The notes under the pieces: model-generated
Seen by the model: only the letters and a program-made list of their open reading frames with translations
Told to the model about the DNA's origin: nothing
Database searches by the model: none
Part shown: in pieces, positions 18,908 to 25,852 of the stretch
Layout of the letters: each line of letters starts with the position of its first letter
Position numbering within the stretch: position 1 is the first letter of the stretch
Program-made: the position numbers and the translations under genes
IMG/VR virus record: IMGVR_UViG_3300020042_004973
Span: 1 to 34,298 of that record
DNA length: 34,298 bases
Reading direction: 5' to 3' (one strand)
Source of the DNA: a virus
Taxonomy: Duplodnaviria; Caudoviricetes

Positions 18908-19025
18908 AAAAAAGCCGCTTTAGAGTGCACCTTGTTGGTCGACCCACCTTTGGGGGCGGGACATTCTTTGATAAATCATCTCCACGACATTTATCAAAAA
19001 ATCAAGATACACACTAAAACGGCTT
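18908..19025 (-). ncRNA. c4-like antisense RNA (three-way junction, terminator-like outer stem)
   Basis: Outer stem AAGCCGUUUUAGUGUGUAUCUUG/CAAGGUGCACUCUAAAGCGGCUU followed by a U-run. Two inner hairpins. Junction GUCGACCAA is complementary to upstream UUGGUCGAC (19032-19040). Confidence 0.65.
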
Positions 19026-19052
19026 AGATTTGTCGACCAAGACAACGGCAAC

Positions 19053-19081
19053 ACAATATCACACCTTTTTTTAATCTGCAA
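19053..19081 (-). promoter_or_regulatory. sigma70 promoter driving the c4-like RNA
   Basis: TTGCAG-N17-TATTGT with an extended -10 TG. Overlapped by inverted repeat CACACCTT/AAGGTGTG. Confidence 0.6.
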
Positions 19082-19113
19082 GGTGTGCGCGAGGGGGGGT
19101 TGCAATTTATTTT

Positions 19114-19200
19114 CTAATCCTTTCCCCGGAAACATACGGCAACCATTAGCACCAACACGACAGCACAGTAGAAAAGAAAGACATAATCATAAATATTCAT
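19114..19200 (-). CDS. 28-aa single-pass membrane peptide, not in the ORF track
   Basis: MNIYDYVFLFYCAVVLVLMVAVCFRGKD*. RBS GAGG. Confidence 0.55.
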   Translation of the reverse strand: MNIYDYVFLFYCAVVLVLMVAVCFRGKD

Positions 19201-19274
19201 AAGTTACCTCTATTTGAAATAAGCCCTACAAGCGATTTGTTTATAAACCAATACCAATACAAGTACAAAGCAAT

Positions 19275-19296
19275 AAAAAAGCCCACAAGGGGCTTT
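19275..19296 (-). terminator. Intrinsic terminator ending the early small-gene operon
   Basis: AAAGCCC-CTTGT-GGGCTTT followed by TTTATT on the minus strand, just after the 19317 stop. Confidence 0.7.
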
Positions 19297-19316
19297 AAAT
19301 AGGTTTAAGAGTATGT

Positions 19317-19559
19317 TTATGCTGTCTTTTGCTCTTGGATACTGTTTAACAGTCTCTCAACGGCACTAACCATGTTGTCCATGATGTTCTCAATGTCTAG
19401 GTACTCGAAAGGTTCCCACACGGTAACAAGTGGTGCATCGTCCTCGTCCCTTTCGTCATCATTGTATAAGTCTAGTATTTCCTGATAAGTTAAATCTGGC
19501 GGGTAATCAGAGAGACATTGACCGATTGCAAAGTCTTGGGCTATCTCTAAGTTTGTCAT
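19317..19559 (-). CDS. Acidic early protein
   Basis: 80 aa, strongly Asp/Glu-rich. RBS GAGG. Confidence 0.7.
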   Translation of the reverse strand: MTNLEIAQDFAIGQCLSDYPPDLTYQEILDLYNDDERDEDDAPLVTVWEPFEYLDIENIMDNMVSAVERLLNSIQEQKTA

Positions 19560-19729
19560 GCTGTCACCTCATTTTGTTTGCGTACCTCTGCAATGGCTTT
19601 CTGTGCTCTTGACAACGTATCAGCATCAATTTTGTGACATTCGCTAGAGGGTTCTTGTTCGTCTACAAAATACTCAGCAAGAGTTAATGCAAATTCGATT
19701 GCTTGAAATTGCTCTTTTGTGATGTGCAT
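19556..19729 (-). CDS. 57-aa early protein, not in the ORF track
   Basis: MHITKEQFQAIEFALTLAEYFVDEQEPSSECHKIDADTLSRAQKAIAEVRKQNEVTA*. AGGGGCAC RBS and ATGA coupling. Confidence 0.65.
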   Translation of the reverse strand: MHITKEQFQAIEFALTLAEYFVDEQEPSSECHKIDADTLSRAQKAIAEVRKQNEVTA

Positions 19730-19738
19730 CATGTGCCC

Positions 19739-19966
19739 CTAGTTTACGATTAGGTTATCTGAGAGTTTGCCGATGTAGCAAGTACCGATATTGCTATAAA
19801 TAGCGCAGTAAACCCTACGCCATTTCCCGTTATATCGAACCATATACCGTGTAGGGATACGTTTACCGTAACCCGTTGCGGTATAGGTCAATCCCTTTTC
19901 TTGCCACGATAGCGGCATTTCTTTAGATTCAAGCTCTACTACAGATTCATTTTGTTTGATGTACAT
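19739..19966 (-). CDS. Early hypothetical protein
   Basis: TATGYGKRIPT.YMV...GKWRRVY...YSN.GT.Y. AGGGGCA RBS. Confidence 0.7.
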   Translation of the reverse strand: MYIKQNESVVELESKEMPLSWQEKGLTYTATGYGKRIPTRYMVRYNGKWRRVYCAIYSNIGTCYIGKLSDNLIVN

Positions 19967-19975
19967 AATATGCCC

Positions 19976-20080
19976 CTAGTTTGCGAGTATGTTTAATGAT
20001 TCGTTTACGAATACGAATGTAACGATAGCAATTGCAATCCATGCGAGTACGTTAGCTAAAATCTCTTGTTTGCGTGTCAT
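19976..20080 (-). CDS. 34-aa single-pass membrane peptide immediately downstream of the hammerhead
   Basis: MTRKQEILANVLAWIAIAIVTFVFVNESLNILAN*. AAGGGGCAC RBS. Confidence 0.65.
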   Translation of the reverse strand: MTRKQEILANVLAWIAIAIVTFVFVNESLNILAN

Positions 20081-20100
20081 ATAGTGCCCCTTAAGTGTTT

Positions 20101-20154
20101 ACGATAGACACCTATTGCTAGGTGTTTCGGATATTGAACCCTCATCAGTATCGT
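20101..20154 (-). ncRNA. Type I hammerhead ribozyme
   Basis: Minus strand reads ACGAUA CUGAUGA GGGU-UCAAU-AUCC GAA ACACCUA-GCAA-UAGGUGU C UAUCGU. Complete catalytic core, three paired stems, GUC cleavage triplet, intergenic and sense to the operon. Confidence 0.92.
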
Positions 20155-20162
20155 TTATGCCC

Positions 20163-20405
20163 CTAAAGTACGAAATTAGATAGTTTGTTACCGAAACAGT
20201 AGTCACCAGTAGACAATTTATAGAGTGGTAATGTTTTGCGGTAAAAAGGTGAGTACACATCTTCAACGTGCTCAAGACCAACGATTGTCCCTCTATCTAC
20301 TGTGCCACTCTCGTTAATAATCTTGCAATCAACCACGGCGGTCTTGAATAGTTTGTACTTACCTTGATTCTCTAAGTAATCTTGATGATTGAATATTTGA
20401 GACAT
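20163..20405 (-). CDS. Early hypothetical protein
   Basis: ORF with RBS AGGAG, tightly packed in the operon. Confidence 0.65.
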   Translation of the reverse strand: MSQIFNHQDYLENQGKYKLFKTAVVDCKIINESGTVDRGTIVGLEHVEDVYSPFYRKTLPLYKLSTGDYCFGNKLSNFVL

Positions 20406-20407
20406 AA

Positions 20408-20629
20408 TTACGCTCTCCTCTTTTCAACAGGGTTATGCTGCGTTAACTTAGTGGATAAGTCTGCAAGACCGAAAGCGAATAACTGGTCGTTCCAATTGTC
20501 ACGGTTTGCAGCGTGCCAGTTGCCGTAACTGCTATTTGAGCGAGTAATAATATATACAATGCCCTTGCAATAGCCGATGTATGCGCCATGCTTAAACACA
20601 GACTTTTCAATGTTTGGATAGGCTCTCAT
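20408..20629 (-). CDS. Early hypothetical protein
   Basis: ATGA-coupled ORF. Confidence 0.65.
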   Translation of the reverse strand: MRAYPNIEKSVFKHGAYIGYCKGIVYIITRSNSSYGNWHAANRDNWNDQLFAFGLADLSTKLTQHNPVEKRRA

Positions 20630-20898
20630 GCTTGCACCTTCGAAGCATCAAAACAGAATGTGTAGCCCTTACCGTCTGCGCTATCACCAAAGCGCATATC
20701 GTCTAAGCACCAGTCAAGCGAGTGTTTAGCCACAAGAGCCTTAACTGCTTCAAAGTGTGCCAGTTCGTATGATTCAGAGTAAGGGTAAGGGATAGTGGCT
20801 TCAAAGCCTTTGATGCTGCCTGAACCTACGGTATAGGCTTTAATGCGAGTGCCACGAGTGTTAGTAACTGGTATGCACTTGGTGTGAATTGCAATCAT
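20626..20898 (-). CDS. Early hypothetical protein
   Basis: AIHTK...TNTRGTRIKA motif. AGGGGCAC RBS. Confidence 0.7.
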   Translation of the reverse strand: MIAIHTKCIPVTNTRGTRIKAYTVGSGSIKGFEATIPYPYSESYELAHFEAVKALVAKHSLDWCLDDMRFGDSADGKGYTFCFDASKVQA

Positions 20899-20968
20899 AT
20901 TGTGCCCCTAGTGAGTGATGCTGCACCCTTTACGAGAGAGTGCAGCGAGAGAATAGTTTAATTGGCAG

Positions 20969-21181
20969 CTAAAACGTTCGCCGCCGAACAATTAAATGCT
21001 TGATACATTCTAAACAGCCACACTCTACAACATCAGTTTTAGCGGCTGCTCTAACCTCTGCCATTGTGTCGAACCCTCTAACGTGCACAATGTCATCGTT
21101 CCACCGAAAGCCATAAGGTAGGAAAACCATATAACCATCTTCGCATTGGTCAACGTCATTTTTTTTTAGCTTGTATTTCAT
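20969..21181 (-). CDS. First early gene, hypothetical (C-terminal CxCxxC)
   Basis: RBS AGGGG. Lies downstream of the early promoter. Confidence 0.65.
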   Translation of the reverse strand: MKYKLKKNDVDQCEDGYMVFLPYGFRWNDDIVHVRGFDTMAEVRAAAKTDVVECGCLECIKHLIVRRRTF

Positions 21182-21236
21182 TATGTAACCCCTAAGTAGT
21201 TAAATATGATGCACTGTTACGTCAGTACATATAGTA

Positions 21237-21264
21237 AGTATAACCTATCATATAGCATTGTCAA
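21237..21264 (-). promoter_or_regulatory. Strong sigma70 early promoter
   Basis: TTGACA-N16-TATACT pointing into the early operon. Confidence 0.7.
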
Positions 21265-21507
21265 TACATTTCGTTAGATTTTGTTGCTATATATACACTA
21301 CTCTATATAACTGTATTACATATACATACTATAAAGGATTATTTAGTGGTTACTATATATAAGAAATATAGTTTTTTATGTATAATCTGTTTTATATAAT
21401 AATTATAATAAATACTTAGGTACTCACTTTATCTAGTCTACCTATCTAATACTTAAGTATATATAAGGGATAGGACAATCGAAGTTTTAGGGTATTACCA
21501 CTAACCG

Positions 21508-21523
21508 TGTTCCACGTGAAACA
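21508..21523. promoter_or_regulatory. parS: parS centromere-like site
   Basis: TGTTCCACGTGAAACA matches the chromosomal parS consensus TGTTNCACGTGAAACA at all 16 positions. Intergenic. Confidence 0.8.
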
Positions 21524-21774
21524 ATATGGGCATGGGGTCACGAGCTGTATACACAATACTCATACTAGGTGTAATACGATGATGCACACTTATTGGACAT
21601 GGGGTACTGGTCACACAAGCGAATACCGAATAGCGCAACCAGTGTGCGGCAAAGACTTAGGGACATGGAATGGGTTTGAGTACGCCGGAGAGGGAGTCCC
21701 ATTCGTACCTCCCCCCAAAAAAAATATGGCTTTTCCTGTTTCTGATAATATAGACGTATTACGAGGAGTGATAT

Positions 21775-21996
21775 ATGTCAGATACATACGAAATAGATAA
21801 AGGTGTACAGTTAAGCCATAAACCAAGAGCATACGTTTACCCATACAATGATATGGAGTTAGGGGACAGTTTCTTTGTACCTAATGGGAAGATGCCAACG
21901 GTTAATGCGGCTAATTACCGTGCATTTAAGAGACTTGGGTGGAAATTCTCTGCCCGTAAGATTGATGGTGGGATTCGTGTATGGAGAACGGTATGA
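21775..21996 (+). CDS. Small putative DNA-binding protein
   Basis: IDKGV...YPY.DMELGDSFFVP...GIRVWR phage family pattern. RBS GAGGAG. Confidence 0.7.
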   Translation: MSDTYEIDKGVQLSHKPRAYVYPYNDMELGDSFFVPNGKMPTVNAANYRAFKRLGWKFSARKIDGGIRVWRTV

Positions 21997-22211
21997 TTAA
22001 CGGTGCTGCTGTCATTGACCAATTGGTTGAGAGTGCTGATGAGGCGTTTAAGCGTCAGTATTTGGATCGTGTGTGGGCGATGAGTAAGATGGATATGTTT
22101 AAAGAGCTTATGCGGGTGCATGGTGAAAGCACTAAGATGATGACTCAAGCACAAGCTGAGATTGATAACTTAAAAGCCGTGATTGCCCAATACTCTGAAG
22201 GTAAACTTTAA
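21993..22211 (+). CDS. Hypothetical coiled-coil protein
   Basis: ATGA overlap and GGAG RBS favour a start at 21993. Confidence 0.65.
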   Translation: MINGAAVIDQLVESADEAFKRQYLDRVWAMSKMDMFKELMRVHGESTKMMTQAQAEIDNLKAVIAQYSEGKL

Positions 22212-22396
22212 TGGCTGATTACCATATTGTTGATAATGGCGAGATGCTGGCTTGCGACTTTGTGGATAGCTTGATGCGTATACGCTTGCAAGAGATTGTC
22301 AAAGACTTGGAAAGCTACATTGAAGAAGGGATTGCTGACCCCGCAGATAAGAAGGTAATTAAGGCAGCAGAGGTTATTCTTGGATACATTACTTAA
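22211..22396 (+). CDS. Hypothetical protein
   Basis: TAATG-coupled ORF. Confidence 0.6.
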   Translation: MADYHIVDNGEMLACDFVDSLMRIRLQEIVKDLESYIEEGIADPADKKVIKAAEVILGYIT

Positions 22397-22589
22397 ACAA
22401 TACCTCTTTGAGACTCGCTCTGATCTATCTTTGCAGATGAGACGGGCATTGGCTTGCAAAACCAAGAAGCAGAAAATCAAACTAGCAGATGAGTGGCAAA
22501 AGAATTATTCTGAACTGATGTACAGAGAGTTAATCTCCTGTGCAAGAAACAAAGAAGTCTGTGTCAACATAGCAAATTGGGAGTTGTGA
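22380..22589 (+). CDS. Hypothetical protein
   Basis: TTG start with GAGG RBS. Fills the gap in the operon. Confidence 0.55.
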   Translation: MDTLLKQYLFETRSDLSLQMRRALACKTKKQKIKLADEWQKNYSELMYRELISCARNKEVCVNIANWEL

Positions 22590-23137
22590 TGGATGATGAA
22601 ATTAGTAATGATGACGTTGTAGGTCAAATGCTTTTTGAGAAAGCCCAAACAGATTACCCTTACCTTGCTGACAAAAACCTTGGGTTTAAATACTCTCCCG
22701 GCGAAGGCAGAGGATTACTTGAGTTTTATGGTCCTGACGAACCCGGCTCTCCTGAATACCCAAGACCGCAAGAGATTCCAATGGGTCAAGTTGGCGTACA
22801 AGTGTTTGACCCTAAAGCTCGACCAATGGATATTCTTGCAGACTACGTTAGTCATTACGGCGTTGAAAAAGACCCATACCTTAAAGAACGCTATCAACAA
22901 TTTTCTAGCTCTTTTACGCCTGAACAACAACAGCGGTTACAAGAACAATATCAGTGGTATCAAGAGCATCCAGAGTTTAAAGAAACCCGTGCTTATGAAG
23001 AATGGGCAAAAACTGTTGGTGTGCCCGGATACTTTCGCGGTTACACATTTGACCAATGGAAAGACTCTCAAGGTGCGTACACACCACAACAACTTCAATT
23101 GCTGAACCAAGTGCGTCAATATTTAGGAATTAAATGA
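22589..23137 (+). CDS. Hypothetical protein upstream of the terminase
   Basis: Likely start MDDEIS (TGATG overlap, GGAG RBS). Gln/Tyr-rich. Confidence 0.65.
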   Translation: MDDEISNDDVVGQMLFEKAQTDYPYLADKNLGFKYSPGEGRGLLEFYGPDEPGSPEYPRPQEIPMGQVGVQVFDPKARPMDILADYVSHYGVEKDPYLKERYQQFSSSFTPEQQQRLQEQYQWYQEHPEFKETRAYEEWAKTVGVPGYFRGYTFDQWKDSQGAYTPQQLQLLNQVRQYLGIK

Positions 23138-24912
23138 GCGCATTTAATCTTCAACACTTCTACAACTTCTGCAAGCAGCTCAAGATTGAAACCAAAGAAC
23201 AGGGCTTACGCAAGATGGATAACTTGCTAGGCACTCAAACCTACGTCATGGGTGAGATTGCTAAAGGGCTAGAAGAAGGTGTTCACTTCTTTACTATTCT
23301 CAAAGGCAGACAGCTTGGGATTACCACTATCTCACTTGCCCTAGACCTGTACTGGCACTTCATGAACCCCGGCTTGCAAGGAACGCTGACTACCGACACT
23401 GAAGAAAATAGAGATATGTTTCGTTCTACCTTGTCAATGTACATGGATGGGTTGCCCAAGGAATACAAGATTCCTCTGATTGCTCACAACCGTACCCAGA
23501 TGAGTTTGAAGAACCGTAGTCGATTGTTTTATCAGGTTGCAGGAACACGCAGCAAAGGAACACTAGGTCGTGGCAAAGCAATTACCTTTTTACATGGAAC
23601 AGAAACAAGCAGTTGGGGTGATGAAGAAGGTCTTGCTTCCCTCTTGGCTTCGCTTGCTGAAACTAATCCCATGCGGATGTACATCTTTGAATCCACTGCA
23701 CGGGGCTTCAATATGTTTCACGATATGTATACAACAGCTAAACGGGCTAGAACACAAAGAGCTATTTTTTGTGGCTGGTGGCGCAACGAGTTGTATTCAC
23801 TCGACCCTAAAGGTAAAACATACGAAGTTTATTGGGATGGCAAACTAACGGGTGAGGAAAAAGAGTGGGTCAAAGATATTAAGAAGTTGTACAACGTAGA
23901 AATCAATTCACGACAAATAGCGTGGTGGCGTTGGAAACTTCTTGAAGGGATTAAAGACGATTCACTCATGTACCAAGAGTTTCCTCCTACCGAGGACTAT
24001 GCCTTTGTGATGACAGGCACTTCTTTCTTTTCTAACGCACGGTGTACCGATGCCGCTAAAGCTGCCAAAAAACAAACCCCCGACTATTACCGCTACTCCT
24101 TTGGGGCAAACTTCCAAGACACCAACGTCCTTAAGTCAACGGAACGTCTTGCCTCACTTAAGATATGGGAGGAGCCTGTCGATACTGCTTACTACGTTAT
24201 CGGTGCTGACCCTGCCTATGGTTCTAGTGATTGGGCTGATAGGTTTTGCATACAAGTATATCGGGCGTACTCCGATGGCTTGGAACAGGTGGCGGCGTTT
24301 GCCACCTCTGAAATGAATACCTATCAGTATGCTTGGGTGATTGCCCACCTAGCCGGGGCTTACAGAAATTCCACGCTTAACCTAGAGGTTAACGGTCCGG
24401 GGCAAGCGGTCATCAACGAATTGCGTAACCTTAAGCGTCTAGCCTCTAACATGGGCAACCAGATGGGCACAGATTTAATGAACGTGCTGGGTAGCATGAC
24501 TTCTTACATCTGGAGAAAGAACGACAGCCTTGGTGGACTCTCGCAAAGTATGGGCTGGCTAACCACCTCTGCAACCAAAGAACGTATGCTCACCTACATG
24601 AAGGATTACTTTGAGCGCAACATGATGGAGATTCGAGACATGGATACCATTGAGGAAATGAAAACCGTTGTGCGAGACGGTGGCTCAATTGAAGCTACTG
24701 GCAGGAACAAAGATGACCGTGTGATTGCCTCAGCCTTGGCAGCAGCCGCCTATGCCGAGCAAGTCCAGCCTCAATTGATTGGCAGACGCATCTCTAGGGA
24801 CGTATCTAGAAAGCAAGAGGAGCTAACCCCTGAAGAAGTGGCTATGGGGCGCAATGTTAGCGAATACTTAAAGAAAATAGGCATCTACGGTGGAAACCAA
24901 CGTCATATCTAA
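23134..24912 (+). CDS. terL: Terminase large subunit
   Basis: Walker A ILKGRQLGITT, Walker B-like FLHGTE, motif III FESTARG, nuclease VIGADPA and KDDRVIA. Confidence 0.92.
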   Translation: MSAFNLQHFYNFCKQLKIETKEQGLRKMDNLLGTQTYVMGEIAKGLEEGVHFFTILKGRQLGITTISLALDLYWHFMNPGLQGTLTTDTEENRDMFRSTLSMYMDGLPKEYKIPLIAHNRTQMSLKNRSRLFYQVAGTRSKGTLGRGKAITFLHGTETSSWGDEEGLASLLASLAETNPMRMYIFESTARGFNMFHDMYTTAKRARTQRAIFCGWWRNELYSLDPKGKTYEVYWDGKLTGEEKEWVKDIKKLYNVEINSRQIAWWRWKLLEGIKDDSLMYQEFPPTEDYAFVMTGTSFFSNARCTDAAKAAKKQTPDYYRYSFGANFQDTNVLKSTERLASLKIWEEPVDTAYYVIGADPAYGSSDWADRFCIQVYRAYSDGLEQVAAFATSEMNTYQYAWVIAHLAGAYRNSTLNLEVNGPGQAVINELRNLKRLASNMGNQMGTDLMNVLGSMTSYIWRKNDSLGGLSQSMGWLTTSATKERMLTYMKDYFERNMMEIRDMDTIEEMKTVVRDGGSIEATGRNKDDRVIASALAAAAYAEQVQPQLIGRRISRDVSRKQEELTPEEVAMGRNVSEYLKKIGIYGGNQRHI

Positions 24913-25285
24913 GCAAGAGTTGCTCAGAACAATGAAATTGTTCTTTGCAGACCAGAATCGGGGCATAAGCATTGATTTGTTTGCAGATTTAGCAGGATTA
25001 GGTACAAAAACGATGGTTGAGGTGTTTATTAACCAAAATGCGCCATTATCGGAGTATGTGCAGCGTAGAACCAGCAAAGCATACAAAGCATGGCGTAATG
25101 GGGACGTAGCGGTGATGAAGAACCGTGATAACTCCAAATTTGTGCAGTACCGTAAGGAATCCAAGCCCAAGATGGTTCGTGGCTATGGGTTACAGGTAGT
25201 AGGTGGGGAAATTAAACTGAAATTGGGCGTAAAGAACCGGGCTGATTACGATTCAACGCTTGCTGAACAACTTGATAGGGGATAA
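24890..25285 (+). CDS. Hypothetical protein (possible HTH N-terminus)
   Basis: GTG start. GISIDLFADLAGL segment. Confidence 0.55.
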   Translation: METNVISKQELLRTMKLFFADQNRGISIDLFADLAGLGTKTMVEVFINQNAPLSEYVQRRTSKAYKAWRNGDVAVMKNRDNSKFVQYRKESKPKMVRGYGLQVVGGEIKLKLGVKNRADYDSTLAEQLDRG

Positions 25286-25852
25286 ATGATGGCTCGTATA
25301 CTTAGAGATTACAAATGTCAGGAGCATGGCTTCTTTGAAGGCTTTGAACCTACTTGTCCAGAGGGGTGCACCGATGAATTGGTTTTACAAGTCTTTCTTA
25401 AAAGTCCGGGCTTTGTTTCAGACAAGTCCAAAGCCGCAGATTCACACTTGCGAAGTCTTGCGAACGAATTCGGAATGTCTAACATCAAATCCACCCGTGA
25501 AGGAGAGAACCAATCAGGCTATCTCCAGCGCAACAACAAGTTCACGGAGAAAGAATACGCAGAAGCCGAAAAGTACGCTACCCCCAAAAAGCGTGGCAGA
25601 CCCCGCAAAGATTCCCAGAGCCAACCTACACCGCCGCCGCAGCCCCAAGAAGCCCGTGCTGGTGACTCAGCAATCTGGGGGGGCGGTTTCCAAGGCATGA
25701 ATATGGCTTCTGTCCTTGCTGGGCGTTTTGGTCAGCCTGTAAAAGATGAGACTGTGGGCTTGACACCACAAGCGGCAGGGATACAATCAGGACCTAGAAC
25801 TGACCCCAACGCAACAATGCGGGACCCCGATAACCTAAAGATTAACAAATAA
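25286..25852 (+). CDS. FmdB-like zinc-ribbon protein with a disordered C-terminus
   Basis: DYKCQEHGFFE...CPEGC. Contains KKRGRPRK (AT-hook-like). Lies between terminase and portal. Confidence 0.6.
   Translation: MMARILRDYKCQEHGFFEGFEPTCPEGCTDELVLQVFLKSPGFVSDKSKAADSHLRSLANEFGMSNIKSTREGENQSGYLQRNNKFTEKEYAEAEKYATPKKRGRPRKDSQSQPTPPPQPQEARAGDSAIWGGGFQGMNMASVLAGRFGQPVKDETVGLTPQAAGIQSGPRTDPNATMRDPDNLKINK

Noticed and set aside
18733-19135. ORF-track ORFs 18733-18930 and 18920-19135
   Set aside because: No convincing RBS. They overlap a promoter and strongly paired RNA stems, so they are likely non-coding.
20099-20281. 60-aa minus-strand ORF running through the hammerhead
   Set aside because: It overlaps the better-supported 20163-20405 gene out of frame and lacks a good start context.
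21507-21844. ORFs 21507-21800 (+) and 21611-21844 (-)
   Set aside because: No RBS and atypical composition. They overlap parS and the repeats of the control region.
22030-22060. Second hammerhead at CTGATGAGG (also CTGATGA near 11982 and 14957)
   Set aside because: No downstream GAAA or stems I/III, and the sites lie inside coding sequence.
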